IMG/VR virus record: IMGVR_UViG_3300025030_000876
Span: 676 to 64,675 of that record
DNA length: 64,000 nt
From: a virus
Taxonomy: Duplodnaviria; Caudoviricetes
Reading direction: 5' to 3' (one strand)
The notes under the pieces are model-generated. The model was not told the origin of the DNA. It did not search any database and saw only the letters and a list, made by a program, of their open reading frames with translations. Of this stretch, positions 11,801 to 21,183 are shown in pieces; position 1 is the stretch's first letter, and the number at the start of each line of letters is the position of its first letter. The position numbers and the translations under genes are program-made.

Positions 11801-12745
11801 AATAGAAGTCCCATCAGCCAACTGCTTCTGGAATCTTCCCCACGCAGCGGCAGGGTTCTTCAAATCCGCAACAAACCTACCCCAGCCGCTTTGCAACGAT
11901 CTTTGCTGTGTTGCAAACAACTCATCCCCGGCAGCAACAGCACCCCGGTTACTTGCATTACGCGAAAATGACTGAAACCCAGAGCCATTCGCCGTAGCTC
12001 GGAGTCTAGCATCGCGCTGCTCTTGGACAGCCCTGAGTCTTTCAGCTTTCTGCTGTACTGCAAGCGAGGCTGCTTGCCTAACCGCTTCTTTTGCTCTTGC
12101 GTCTGCTTCTTTGCTAAACGCAGCAAACCTTGAATTACTATTTCTGATTGCTTGGGCAGTCCTAACCCTATCAGCAGCTTGTAGCCTAGCTTCGTTAACA
12201 AGAATAAGCTTCCTAGCAGCAAGCTCCCGATTCCAGGCAGCAAATCTATTACGCATATGCTCTACATTCTGTTGCCAACCATAATACTCGTATTTGTTGT
12301 ACGCAAGAACAGCACCTGAAGCAGCTTTCCATTCTTTAGTTAATTGAGTAACATTACCTTTACGATCTAACTTAGGCGTGCCATCTTTTTTCCTCAGTAC
12401 ATCTTGCTGGCCTTGAATAATAGCATTCTTAGGTCCATAAGGATTAACCTTCATCCCTGCTTTATAAAGCATCTTCAGTTGTTCAAGCTTAACCACAGTA
12501 GTCTGAAGTTCTTTATTAGTCCTAGCAGAGACTTCCCCAAGATTTCTGGCCCCTTTAACTAAATCCTGGTATACAGGCAATCCATTACGGAGCTTAGTCA
12601 TGAAAGCATTCTGCGCCCCGGTGTTTTTCTCAAGCTTAGTAGCCATTGCCCCAATCGCATTATTAGCCTCACGCAATTGGTCAATGGCCTGCTTCAATCC
12701 AGCAAGAGTAAATGTCGCCTTAATATCACCAAGGTTCAAACTCAT
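8855..12745 (-). CDS. Tape measure protein
   Basis: 1296 aa, Ala/Lys-rich helical, hydrophobic central segment, C-terminal ANGGWITEP...AENHPEYV motif; follows the tail chaperones. Confidence 0.9.
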   Translation of the reverse strand: MSLNLGDIKATFTLAGLKQAIDQLREANNAIGAMATKLEKNTGAQNAFMTKLRNGLPVYQDLVKGARNLGEVSARTNKELQTTVVKLEQLKMLYKAGMKVNPYGPKNAIIQGQQDVLRKKDGTPKLDRKGNVTQLTKEWKAASGAVLAYNKYEYYGWQQNVEHMRNRFAAWNRELAARKLILVNEARLQAADRVRTAQAIRNSNSRFAAFSKEADARAKEAVRQAASLAVQQKAERLRAVQEQRDARLRATANGSGFQSFSRNASNRGAVAAGDELFATQQRSLQSGWGRFVADLKNPAAAWGRFQKQLADGTSINKAKEGIGRLSTGVHGLTNNIKTNHQWTNNWMDRFGRVAIGFWIAYRAINAVEMAIGNVSRTFAGGAKFADEYQNSVATTAGMLALLSDGMGGFEQRFTALKSIMAGTMQEMIRLAPAYGVTMDEIGSGLKELAQFGVVVKPEDAAKTLNTFALIREIATTVGSSTKQVRQEIQSLFNGSARISDQFMLMIKKAIPDLYATLKKIREEGGSTTEMWSKLTDRMFDFKDAIVEALTTIQGQYGVAKNSLSVISMMAIRASGIYQGWVDTLKNFNKQLFQADGTLAPLGVKFYNAFYRTWQLIRNVVGLFADLAKKAYTFFASFSSGEGQAKSLAVALFKVATATMLIRTALMATFWIMAKLIVLSGAWTIIKTIGALGRGVATIVTAGYSLAKAWPLAAAALSKGALAIIAVGTAALGAGGSLLYMKKLTQAIAYGMDLDEAADHAAGSVKRSFAAIGKSLDFTQYFTDPVKELGDYFAKVFKFEDIKGLSPEEIKKSMMEFFGTFSFDGSDGKGADKLGTKIDSIRDKMRGLYDDLAKQNMSEVAKEVYEQFVKMSDLGDELNEALKLGLPKEQFEEWTALLNKFGQSVVDNIEKMKLDKVKDTFEQFNADMLSEGIEAFDKALIDSQKDLDKFMVVVRELWVVGSPKRNEFEIWAKKYSAFLLARRDREAEILEISKKEVLLQTKLAALEFKKEFFQIGNKAALKEELLIQQQQLALAYERYEIERRLNPTSKDTADLAAQIAEQESAIARIGERLKQLKNPLNGFKFGLLKFTAELPEYFDIWVSIANDTASAMKDSFSDFFFDALEGEMDSFTDYWKAFAQSLNRILADAMANTAMNLLTGGNANNVFANGAGGLMGTFSGVGGSILDFGASLFNGGFGLAGNPMKGSAPVPGDALAGFDYSYANGGWITEPVFGVGQDSGKTYQIAENHPEYVNPGGAGGHSISVPVNINGPASEAYASGLRQEIEHTVAKYVRRHS

Positions 12746-12748
12746 ATC

Positions 12749-13096
12749 TTAAATCCCCGCTCTAAGCGCCGCCCAAGTATCATCAATCTGCTTTTGATCT
12801 GTAACCTCTGAAACGACAAAATGAGGCTTAAGCATCTTATCTACATACTCATGTAGCTTCCGCCTATCCTCATCCTTACTAAAATGTACTTCATTTATTA
12901 GTCTTGCGAGTAAAGAGTACTTGGAGGCCCTTTGTCTAAGGGCCTCCTTATACACTATCTGCACTTTCTGTGGTGAGAAAGATAAAACCGATTGTTCGCT
13001 GTACTGGCTAAACTCATTTAAAATAGTATACATCATCATGAGTCTAGTGTCATCAGAAGTAGTTATTTGGCAGCGAACAAACTCTCCAACAAAAAA
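12749..13096 (-). CDS. Tail assembly chaperone GT extension (reached by -1 frameshift)
   Basis: The -1 frame from slippery T TTT TTG (13090-13096) is open into the 12749..13039 ORF. Confidence 0.75.
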   Translation of the reverse strand, partial: FFVGEFVRCQITTSDDTRLMMMYTILNEFSQYSEQSVLSFSPQKVQIVYKEALRQRASKYSLLARLINEVHFSKDEDRRKLHEYVDKMLKPHFVVSEVTDQKQIDDTWAALRAGI

Positions 13097-13326
13097 TCCA
13101 TGACACCTCGCATTTCAACGGAGCCGATTTTGAAATCATCAGCAACGCCATTACAAATCTCGGCCATCAATTCACGCATAACTTCCGGCCCTGCATTTTC
13201 ATCGACTTTGGAAAACTTCTCCATCGTCTCAGGAGCAATCTCACAAACCGTGAACTTCTTGCCATTGGAGAGAGTAATCTCTACTTCTTTAGACTTCAGA
13301 TAAGCGGAACCGTCAAACACTTTCAA
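13063..13326 (-). CDS. Tail assembly chaperone G
   Basis: 87 aa between the tail tube and tape measure, with a slippery site near its end. Confidence 0.8.
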   Translation of the reverse strand: MKVFDGSAYLKSKEVEITLSNGKKFTVCEIAPETMEKFSKVDENAGPEVMRELMAEICNGVADDFKIGSVEMRGVMDFLLESLFAAK

Positions 13327-13349
13327 GGTAGTATCCTTTCTATCCGTTA

Positions 13350-13898
13350 TTAGTTAGTAACACTCGAATCACCAAAGAAATACGTCACAACCTTAGCCGA
13401 CACACCAGTACTTGCCCAAGAAGCAGTAACCGTAGTCGGATAACCTTTAAACATAACTTTCAGCACCCGTTGGTTCTCAGCATCAAAACCAAGCTCGACG
13501 TTACTAACCGGGGCCGCAGTAGGTACATAAATCCAATCTTTAGCATCTGCCGAGACAGCGCCATTAACAAACTTCTTGAGAATCAACTGCTTGCCAGTAC
13601 CTTTCATCGAAGTACCAACTTTATTCAGGCCAGCGATAACGCTCGGAGTAGAACCCAGCGCCGTTTGCCCAAGAGCAAACGCCAGGGAACTAAGCCCAAC
13701 TTCCGCCAGTGCAGTCTCAACTTCTACGTTAGTGCCAGTGATAATACTATCTTCCGCAGCAGAACCAAACTGGTCACTTTTGAGATCAACGGTATCATCC
13801 GTGATTCTCAGCGTAACCCCACCGTTAGTTTTACCCAAATCAACTTCGGAGCCAGAAGCACCGAAGAATACTGCACAAGGTCCAAGTTCGAGAGCCAT
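13350..13898 (-). CDS. Major tail tube protein
   Basis: LGPCAVFFG...DLGKTNGGV...DQFG...LAE pattern of siphovirus tube proteins; synteny. Confidence 0.8.
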   Translation of the reverse strand: MALELGPCAVFFGASGSEVDLGKTNGGVTLRITDDTVDLKSDQFGSAAEDSIITGTNVEVETALAEVGLSSLAFALGQTALGSTPSVIAGLNKVGTSMKGTGKQLILKKFVNGAVSADAKDWIYVPTAAPVSNVELGFDAENQRVLKVMFKGYPTTVTASWASTGVSAKVVTYFFGDSSVTN

Positions 13899-13902
13899 TT
13901 AG

Positions 13903-14277
13903 CTACCTCCGTTCAACGAACATTGCCACGTTCGCCATAAATGTGAATTTGTCTTTTTCGTTACGACCAATAAATTGCGGCGTGAGATATGGGATGATGT
14001 TAAATACATACCCATATGTAAGAGTTATTCCATTACTGTAAACAAGTGCTTCGTAAGCTTCCCAACAGTTTGTATCTGCGCTTGTGTAGTCATTCCCGTA
14101 AGACATAATCTGAAGCACAGTTCGCATCATGTTGGTGTCGTTTTCAACCCCACCGAGACTAGAAACCACAATCCCCGTGAGTTTATCTTCTGGCATAATC
14201 CCCAGAAACAAATCTGTTCCAACAGTCTTTGTCGTATTATCACTCAGGTATTGAACTAAGTCTTTTATGAGTGTCAT
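13903..14277 (-). CDS. Tail terminator / minor capsid-family protein
   Basis: GTDLFLGIMPE...PQFIGRNEKDKFTFMAN pattern; precedes the tail tube. Confidence 0.65.
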   Translation of the reverse strand: MTLIKDLVQYLSDNTTKTVGTDLFLGIMPEDKLTGIVVSSLGGVENDTNMMRTVLQIMSYGNDYTSADTNCWEAYEALVYSNGITLTYGYVFNIIPYLTPQFIGRNEKDKFTFMANVAMFVERR

Positions 14278-14777
14278 AGATACTTCCTCAATACCTTAAC
14301 TGCAATGATATCCGCAGTTGCCATCTTCGCACTGATGTAATTTGCCCCAGCTAAAGGAGCACTGAATTTCCCAGTCCATTCGTGCATCAATGCTGCCACC
14401 GGAGAAGTATAAACAATAGTAATCTTTCCCCTAGTTGTTCCAAACTCTCCATCAGCATCACCAGTGTCCAAACCTCTTTTCCTTAGTGTACCAAAACTCT
14501 TTAAAACCCCTAACTCAGCCCTGCCTCTTTTACCATACTTAGCATAAGCCCCATTAGGATTTGGGAATGTAGTCATTCCAGCGGTATAACCAACTGGTAT
14601 AGACCCGATGTAAGCAACACCACTGTTTCTCAACTGCCCAGTATTCCAAGCAGGTCTAGGAGCTTTATCATGAGTCGCATCCAACAGTTCATTAGCTATC
14701 TCAACATCAGCATTAGACAACTGAGTAACCAGCCTGTCTAATTTAGCTATAACCGCTGCAAACTCATAATTAGCCAT
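14274..14777 (-). CDS. Neck/tail completion protein (HK97 gp10-like)
   Basis: TGQLRNSG...YTSPVAALMHE motif; start placed at MANYEF. Confidence 0.6.
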   Translation of the reverse strand: MANYEFAAVIAKLDRLVTQLSNADVEIANELLDATHDKAPRPAWNTGQLRNSGVAYIGSIPVGYTAGMTTFPNPNGAYAKYGKRGRAELGVLKSFGTLRKRGLDTGDADGEFGTTRGKITIVYTSPVAALMHEWTGKFSAPLAGANYISAKMATADIIAVKVLRKYL

Positions 14778-15066
14778 AAATAATTTCCCAATGGTGGAAT
14801 ACACCTTCTCCGTCGTAGCCTTTAAGCAACTTAGAGATAATATACTCCACCCCATCAATCAACAACCCATCACCTTCTTTAAACTCCAAACATTCAGTAG
14901 TAAAAATAACCCCAATTCCAATCACCACTGTCTGATTCTTTTTGATGCCATACTTTGTATCAAGCTCAATCAAACAATCAAACTCATCTTCAGTTGATGC
15001 GGAGATAGTCCCAAACGCATCTTTAGTATACTTAACCAACGTAGCTTTGTGCGGCTGATTAAACAT
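14770..15066 (-). CDS. Head closure/stopper protein
   Basis: 98 aa, DAFG...GDGLLIDGVEYII; synteny. Confidence 0.55.
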   Translation of the reverse strand: MFNQPHKATLVKYTKDAFGTISASTEDEFDCLIELDTKYGIKKNQTVVIGIGVIFTTECLEFKEGDGLLIDGVEYIISKLLKGYDGEGVFHHWEIIYG

Positions 15067-15368
15067 TAGATATCTCCATTAAACTTAGCATCTTCAGTCA
15101 CAAAAACATCATCAACTGCAAGATTACTTGACTTTGCAACATAATTACAAATCTCTTGCCTTATACTCTTCGGGTCAATCCATTCTTCATACCTGCCAAT
15201 CTTATAACGGATTTTCCCTCGGTATTTGCGGAGGACCATTCTAAGTACCTCTGCACAAACCAAGTTAATATCCACTACGCCAACTTTATTGATGGCGTAG
15301 TGGATATCCGTATCAGAAATGACAGATGCCGGGAGTTGTAATTCACTCCGAATATCAGCAACGTCCAC
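15066..15368 (-). CDS. Head-tail adaptor
   Basis: 100 aa right after the capsid gene; ISDTDI motif. Confidence 0.55.
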   Translation of the reverse strand: MDVADIRSELQLPASVISDTDIHYAINKVGVVDINLVCAEVLRMVLRKYRGKIRYKIGRYEEWIDPKSIRQEICNYVAKSSNLAVDDVFVTEDAKFNGDI

Positions 15369-15378
15369 GTTAAACCTC

Positions 15379-16308
15379 TTAGGTCAGAGGAGCATCCTGG
15401 AACACACCAAGGTCAGCAGCAACTTTCTTCATTTGGTGGTAATAATGAACCTCAACACAAGTAGCCGAAGCAGGTTCTTTGTCAAAGTTACGCACACCAT
15501 AACCGCTCTGGCCGTAACCACTCCAACCGAAGTTGTAACCAGCACTCGGCTCTTCCAGCGACGGGGAGCCAGTACAATGCAGCAGAAGGAAGTCATCGCC
15601 AGCAATGTACTTCTGGGAAGCAGTAGCCCCAAACGCAGCAGAGTCATACACTGCGCTCATAACGATGATACGGTCAACTTCAAGAATACTAGCAAGGAGT
15701 TCCTTGTTAATATTCGCAGCCGAGGTATACTTCACCTGGTCTTTGACTTCTGCATGACGCTTCAGAACATCATAAACCTTCTCACTCATAACCGCAGTGT
15801 TACCAGTCATGCCAGTAAGGATACGCATACTGCGTTTGTAACCATCAATATCCAGCAGCGGGGTACTATTAGCCGCATCCCACTTGGTCGAAGGCGCATT
15901 AGGGTCAGAACCCCAAACAGTAGTTTTCATGAAACGACTAACAAAATCCACCTCATCAAAAATAGCAATCTTCTGAGTAACACGCCGAGTAGCAGACTTC
16001 AGAGGATTCAGCGGAGAAGGGTCGTTCTTGATATATTCCCAAGGAACGTCTTCATGGTAAGAGATATCTTCGCACTCATAGGTATCAAACCCGCGAGCAT
16101 GACCACCACCAGCAGATTCAGTACCAGGCTTACGTTTAGCAGCCTCATTTTTCATCCAGTAGCTTTTGTCATAGGTAGGAAATTCCCCAGCAAGAGTAAC
16201 AACCGGGCAAGCAGGGAAAATCTTGCTCGCCTGAAAGTTAGCCGGGTCTTGGATATACTTCACTCCAACCTTAGTCAGAGTATCGGTTACTTGCGCTTGC
16301 ATGGGCAT
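15379..16308 (-). CDS. Major capsid protein (HK97 fold, lambda gpE-like)
   Basis: 309 aa, strong codon bias, KWDAANSTPLLDI and PSAGYNF motifs; follows the protease and decoration genes. Confidence 0.85.
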   Translation of the reverse strand: MPMQAQVTDTLTKVGVKYIQDPANFQASKIFPACPVVTLAGEFPTYDKSYWMKNEAAKRKPGTESAGGGHARGFDTYECEDISYHEDVPWEYIKNDPSPLNPLKSATRRVTQKIAIFDEVDFVSRFMKTTVWGSDPNAPSTKWDAANSTPLLDIDGYKRSMRILTGMTGNTAVMSEKVYDVLKRHAEVKDQVKYTSAANINKELLASILEVDRIIVMSAVYDSAAFGATASQKYIAGDDFLLLHCTGSPSLEEPSAGYNFGWSGYGQSGYGVRNFDKEPASATCVEVHYYHQMKKVAADLGVFQDAPLT

Positions 16309-16324
16309 GGTCTAATTACCTCCG

Positions 16325-16657
16325 TTAGATGATCTTGCAATCAATGAGTTCGCCGGGATTTCCTGCACCAAGAGCAAGAGCACCAGCAAGATGAATGTTA
16401 GTAGAATCCCCAACATCAGCAGTACCGATCGAAGAAGGAATCAGAACAGCACCTTTGGCGATAGTAACCTGGGCCTTCACCAGAGCCATACCACAAATCT
16501 GAACCTGGCCCAGAGTCTCAGTAGCCCCAGTCGGCTCGTACAACACGCCCATAGGTTTCACAGTAGCCGAAACCGTGCCAAAAGAACTAATGAACAGTCC
16601 ACGGCCAGTAGAAGCCGGAACAGTCATCGAAATAAGCACCTTACCTTGATCTGCCAT
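16325..16657 (-). CDS. Capsid decoration/cement protein
   Basis: 110 aa, Gly/Ala-rich, between scaffold and major capsid protein. Confidence 0.65.
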   Translation of the reverse strand: MADQGKVLISMTVPASTGRGLFISSFGTVSATVKPMGVLYEPTGATETLGQVQICGMALVKAQVTIAKGAVLIPSSIGTADVGDSTNIHLAGALALGAGNPGELIDCKII

Positions 16658-16659
16658 TG

Positions 16660-17130
16660 TTATTTACCTCCGAGTTTCTTAAAGAGTTCAGGAAATTCCG
16701 CAGCAGCTTTATCCGTAGCTTCTTCTACATCTTCGAGATTATCCCGTTTGGAAATAAGAGCAACAGCGGCGTCGATAGTAGTAGGAGCCGCTGCATCTTC
16801 TTTCTTACCGTCAACTTCGCCAGTTTCAATAGTCAGTTTACTAGCAAGTTCTTTAACCTTAGCTGCCGAAGCATCAAGGGTCGCAACCACAACACCAAAC
16901 GCTTTCTCATCAAGCGCCATACCAAGAGCAACCAACTCCGCATTCTCTTCGTTCTTCGAGGCTTTCAACGCACCAATAACCGCTTCTTTCTTCTTCTCCG
17001 CAGCAATCTCATCTTCCCGCTTAGCAAGTTTCGCCAGAGCATCAGCAGCATCAGTCTGGGCTTTAACCAACTGCGCCTGGAGCTCTGCGAACTGCTCAGC
17101 ACTAATAGTAGCGCCTTTCTCTTCAGCCAT
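16660..17130 (-). CDS. Nested in-frame scaffold protein (lambda Nu3-like)
   Basis: Internal GGAGG at 17141-17145 ahead of ATG 17130 (MAEEKG...). Confidence 0.65.
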   Translation of the reverse strand: MAEEKGATISAEQFAELQAQLVKAQTDAADALAKLAKREDEIAAEKKKEAVIGALKASKNEENAELVALGMALDEKAFGVVVATLDASAAKVKELASKLTIETGEVDGKKEDAAAPTTIDAAVALISKRDNLEDVEEATDKAAAEFPELFKKLGGK

Positions 17131-17988
17131 TTGTTTTTTACCTCCGTCTTGTAGTTTCTTGGATTCAATCAACCCAAGGAGAATATCCGTTGCTACTTCG
17201 ATGCCACCAACAGCATCAACCAAGCCAATTTGTTTTGCTTGCTCTCCGATAAAAACTTTCCCATCAGCCATCTTCAAAGCATCAGAGACTTCGATACTTC
17301 TATTCGCAGCCACATCATTAACAAACAAGGTGTAATAAGCATCTACCTTTTCTTGTAAGTAGGCTTTGCTATCTTCCGTAAGAGGTTCGTTAGAGTTACC
17401 ATAAGCTTTGTACTTACCAGCAAAGACATGAGTAACTTTAACTCCAACTTGCTCTTCCGCTTTAGACCAGTCCTCGTGGCTCATGATAACACCAATCGAG
17501 CCAACTTGTGCGGTGTCATAAGCTACTATCTTCGACGCTGCACAACCAATCCAGTAAGCCGCTGAGGCCATTGTTCCATTTGCATAACTAACAATCGGCT
17601 TCTGTTTGTTTGCATCAGCAATAAAACTTGCAAGTTCCTTAGTCCCAGCAACCGTTCCGCCAGGAGAGTCTACATCTAATATAATACCATCAACACTAGA
17701 ATCCTCAAGTGCATTTTTAACGTCATTAGCAATATCAACCGTAGTCCTTGCACCACTCAGAGCCGCAAGTCCATAGTTTTTCTTCTTGATAGTTCCTTGC
17801 ACCGGAATCACTGCAAGGTTATGGTGTTGAGGATGCCTTGCAAACTTGGGTTCATCCTCTTGCCCAAGTACTACATTCCGGCCCGCCATGTGGTCAGCAA
17901 CAATACTTTTAATAACCTCCAACGATTCAGGAACAATCGCCCAAGGTTGAGACTCAATAAACTTAACTATCGCCCTATCTTTAATCAT
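16660..17988 (-). CDS. S49 (SppA-type) prohead protease fused to scaffold
   Basis: LDVDSPGG, MASAAYWIG, VGSIGV motifs; C-terminal coiled coil. Confidence 0.9.
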   Translation of the reverse strand: MIKDRAIVKFIESQPWAIVPESLEVIKSIVADHMAGRNVVLGQEDEPKFARHPQHHNLAVIPVQGTIKKKNYGLAALSGARTTVDIANDVKNALEDSSVDGIILDVDSPGGTVAGTKELASFIADANKQKPIVSYANGTMASAAYWIGCAASKIVAYDTAQVGSIGVIMSHEDWSKAEEQVGVKVTHVFAGKYKAYGNSNEPLTEDSKAYLQEKVDAYYTLFVNDVAANRSIEVSDALKMADGKVFIGEQAKQIGLVDAVGGIEVATDILLGLIESKKLQDGGKKQMAEEKGATISAEQFAELQAQLVKAQTDAADALAKLAKREDEIAAEKKKEAVIGALKASKNEENAELVALGMALDEKAFGVVVATLDASAAKVKELASKLTIETGEVDGKKEDAAAPTTIDAAVALISKRDNLEDVEEATDKAAAEFPELFKKLGGK

Positions 17989-19294
17989 CAGCTTTGCCTC
18001 CAGTATCTTCCTTCATTGGTTTCTTCTTCATTTCATCTTCTGTAGGTTCTGCTTTAGGCGTCTCTACAGCAGCGAGTCTGGTAGTTGCCAGGTCTTTCTG
18101 AGGCAACGAAGCTCTGTCTCTCAAATAACTCTCAAGGTTGTCATCAGGCTGGATGATGTTGAACTTCAGCAATCTACCAAGGAACGAAGCCAGAGAATCC
18201 AGGTCCGGTTTATCAATCCCAACAGGAACAACCCTAGGTTGTTTTTTGAGTCCATTAAGTTGCTGCATCGCAGGCGCACCAGCGAACTGAGTATTAACCA
18301 CATCCGCAGTCATTAGTGCAAACCCAGCAAATGCTTTGTAGAACAAGTTACTCTGTTCTTTCCCAAGTGCAAAAGACCCAGAGGAATTAATAACCCCAAG
18401 GATAAGAAACTGGCTCAACATACTAAGCGCCATGTTTGCACTGTAACGATCAATAACCTTATTCAAATCAAACTGCCTTTGTCCCGGCGAACCAAGCAAT
18501 TCTACTTCCCACCCAGGAGGCAACACAAGACCTTCCTGAGAGTTATTCTTGATGTTTCTAACTACTTTCCAAGCCCAAACACCGCGCTTGTTCAAACTAC
18601 CATCAACATCAGTAATCTCTTCCCCTTCAGGGGCTTTTAGCACTGGCAAGCCAGTAAGGTCACGCTCAACGCCTATGGCTTCAATCCGTTCAATGTTAGT
18701 CTTATAATACCAATCCCGATAAGCATTTCTAAACAAGCTCTTCCCTTTAGGATTAGCCTGAGTGCTCATGATCGTAAACAACAGACATTTGTACGCTGGA
18801 ATCTCAGCGATTTCCCCAGAAGAAACCATCTGGTCAAAAGACGCTACATCCCCACGGTTATCAAAGTTCCATTGCTGGATAGTACTCTGAGGCCGATAAC
18901 GAAGTCTATCCCAGACATACTTACCATCAGTATCTTCTTTATAAACCACTTCCATCAGAGAGTGGCCATAGGTGAAGTAAGTAAGAATGTCAACAAGAAC
19001 CTTAGTCCACCCAACATTCTTAAACGAACGCTCTAGTATCTTATCATCATCATCTTCAAACTTCCAAGTAATTGATTGGAAGATTTCCGTAAGGGCAAGT
19101 AAAACCGCCCCACAAATAGCATCATTCGACGCCATAGATTTAAAGACGGTTATGTACTTATCCCCAGAGAGCCGCATCTCTGCTTCTTCGTCAATGAGAC
19201 ACTCGAAAGTGCCTTTAACCGACTGAAGCGCCCTAGGCCCAATGGTCTTAGTATCAACAACCGGCTTATCTTTAAACCAGTTAAAGTTTAGCAA
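17981..19294 (-). CDS. Portal protein (DUF935-like)
   Basis: YGHSLMEVVY, NPKGKSLFRNAY, ERDLTGLP, GSFALG motifs; downstream of TerL. Confidence 0.85.
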   Translation of the reverse strand: MLNFNWFKDKPVVDTKTIGPRALQSVKGTFECLIDEEAEMRLSGDKYITVFKSMASNDAICGAVLLALTEIFQSITWKFEDDDDKILERSFKNVGWTKVLVDILTYFTYGHSLMEVVYKEDTDGKYVWDRLRYRPQSTIQQWNFDNRGDVASFDQMVSSGEIAEIPAYKCLLFTIMSTQANPKGKSLFRNAYRDWYYKTNIERIEAIGVERDLTGLPVLKAPEGEEITDVDGSLNKRGVWAWKVVRNIKNNSQEGLVLPPGWEVELLGSPGQRQFDLNKVIDRYSANMALSMLSQFLILGVINSSGSFALGKEQSNLFYKAFAGFALMTADVVNTQFAGAPAMQQLNGLKKQPRVVPVGIDKPDLDSLASFLGRLLKFNIIQPDDNLESYLRDRASLPQKDLATTRLAAVETPKAEPTEDEMKKKPMKEDTGGKADD

Positions 19295-20699
19295 AGCTAG
19301 ACTCCTTTACGAGCTTGTCATTTATATCCATGTAACCAGATAAGTCTAAAGCATCATCAATAAATCTATCAAAGTTAAAATGCCGGTAAGTACTAAGCAT
19401 CAAACTATCAGAGAAGTCAGGAGAAAAGCCAAGTCTCCCGCGTAGATAAGGCTTATCTACTATCTGCATTGGAACCTTATCTTGAATCTCACAAATCTCA
19501 GGCAACTCCATCACAAACCGATCATGGTCTGATAGCGCCAATTCCCCGAAGTTCTCGCTAAGCTCTTTAAACAGCTCTGCTCTAAGATTCTTGTAAGCTT
19601 CAGGGTTATTTGCCCTAGCATTCATTATAACCTTGAAGGTTCTAACTCCACCTTTACGCTTTAGTTGATCATAGACCCCAACGCCTAACCCAGTGTAATC
19701 CACATACAACTCGCGCACTTTGTTATTCAAACAAAGAGTATGCGTCTTGCTTACTAAGTCAACTGTGTCCGAGTGCTTGATACGCAATGGTTCAAATATA
19801 TAACATCCTTGCCGCATAGTCAATACAGAGTAGTCCCCATGCCCAGCACCGCAGTCGAGGCCAGCTACTTTGACGCCTGTTATTAGTTCTTTATTAAACT
19901 GATGCCAACGTTCGATTGCGGCATTGATCGCATCAATAGAAAACAGCGTGGTACTGCTGCCAATCGGGAATTCCCCAAGTACTTTGGTTCTGTAGAAGTC
20001 ACTATCTTCGCCATAAATCTCTTTATCCATCGCCATTTGTGCTTGGCTGTTGAAGGGAGAATTAAGGGAAGAGAAAGTAAGCCCTGTCCACTTTGCTTTG
20101 TTCTTGTGAAAAGCGTCATAGAAAAACCCAGTGTTACGCGTTGGGTTTCCAGTTAGTAGCGCAAAAGTATTCTTCTGAAGCATTGAACCTGAAATACCTG
20201 CAAACACCGAGTCAGGTATGCCAGAGGCTTCGTCGCAGATAAACAGCAAATGAGGTGCATGGAAACCGGCTAGCACATCGCCAAGTTTATCTTGATTGTC
20301 CCTGGGAATAGTACGCGCAACAATATACCAATCCCGATAACCTTCAATGTAAATCTTATCTTTGATGACTTTTATGGATTCCCGCAGTTTATCATACTTA
20401 ATCCTACGTATCCACGTATGCATCTCAGCAAACAGCAAGTCTTCCAACTGATGGCCGGTAGGGGCAGTACAAACAATCTTAGACTCTGGCCTAGTGGTTT
20501 GAAACCACAAAGCAACAGTCGCATCAAATGCCGTCTTACCAGTACCGGTCCCCGACTTGATTGCCACAAAGTTCTTATCAAGTAACGTATGCGAGGCATC
20601 ATTTTGGTAAAACGTGACATCTGCCCCTAGAATCTCTTTCATCCAGAGCTTATAATTTTGCTGGTAACGATCAATATAAACCTGAGAATCCGATACCAT
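19281..20699 (-). CDS. terL: Terminase large subunit
   Basis: Walker A SGTGTGKT, Walker B FICDEASG, coupling GNPT, nuclease GLDCG and SPDFSD. Confidence 0.95.
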   Translation of the reverse strand: MVSDSQVYIDRYQQNYKLWMKEILGADVTFYQNDASHTLLDKNFVAIKSGTGTGKTAFDATVALWFQTTRPESKIVCTAPTGHQLEDLLFAEMHTWIRRIKYDKLRESIKVIKDKIYIEGYRDWYIVARTIPRDNQDKLGDVLAGFHAPHLLFICDEASGIPDSVFAGISGSMLQKNTFALLTGNPTRNTGFFYDAFHKNKAKWTGLTFSSLNSPFNSQAQMAMDKEIYGEDSDFYRTKVLGEFPIGSSTTLFSIDAINAAIERWHQFNKELITGVKVAGLDCGAGHGDYSVLTMRQGCYIFEPLRIKHSDTVDLVSKTHTLCLNNKVRELYVDYTGLGVGVYDQLKRKGGVRTFKVIMNARANNPEAYKNLRAELFKELSENFGELALSDHDRFVMELPEICEIQDKVPMQIVDKPYLRGRLGFSPDFSDSLMLSTYRHFNFDRFIDDALDLSGYMDINDKLVKESSFAKL

Positions 20700-20704
20700 A
20701 AATC

Positions 20705-20974
20705 CTACTTTCTAAGTTTCGCCATAACTGCATCAATCGCCAACTCGATAACATCTGCTGCAACCTGAATCCCTTCATCAGCGAGCCGTGCAGTTACAAT
20801 CATCCGAATCTCTTTACGATTTTCGCGAGTGGTGTTATTAGCTTGGTTTTCAAGCACAACTATTGCTGCTTGTTTCGCGGCTTCAAGAACTATCGGGCCG
20901 AATTTAATAACAAGAAGCTTTGCTAGTTTCCAGATGTTCCCCCAGACTGCGGTTGCAATTATTTCTTTCCACAT
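20705..20974 (-). CDS. Small membrane-associated protein (holin/antiholin-like)
   Basis: Hydrophobic N-terminus; lysis cluster. Confidence 0.35.
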   Translation of the reverse strand: MWKEIIATAVWGNIWKLAKLLVIKFGPIVLEAAKQAAIVVLENQANNTTRENRKEIRMIVTARLADEGIQVAADVIELAIDAVMAKLRK

Positions 20975-20988
20975 AGTTATTTCCTTAG

Positions 20989-21183
20989 TTAAATTGTTTC
21001 TGCCGGCTTGTATCTGATAAGAACAAATGCAAAAGAGATGTTAATAAACTTCGCCACCCAGCTACCATCCATAAACGCAGCAATTATAGATTCTCCTGTT
21101 GCATTAGGATACACAGTGTAAAGAATTACCAAAAAGCCATACACACTAGAACCGATATCTTTCCAATTAAGACCCATAATCAC
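20989..21183 (-). CDS. Putative holin (2 TM)
   Basis: 64 aa with two hydrophobic segments; near the endolysin. Confidence 0.4.
   Translation of the reverse strand: MIMGLNWKDIGSSVYGFLVILYTVYPNATGESIIAAFMDGSWVAKFINISFAFVLIRYKPAETI

Noticed and set aside
15319-17335. Long plus-strand ORFs (337 and 314 aa), also 1109..1792
   Set aside because: Antisense shadows of strongly codon-biased structural genes, with no motifs or RBS.
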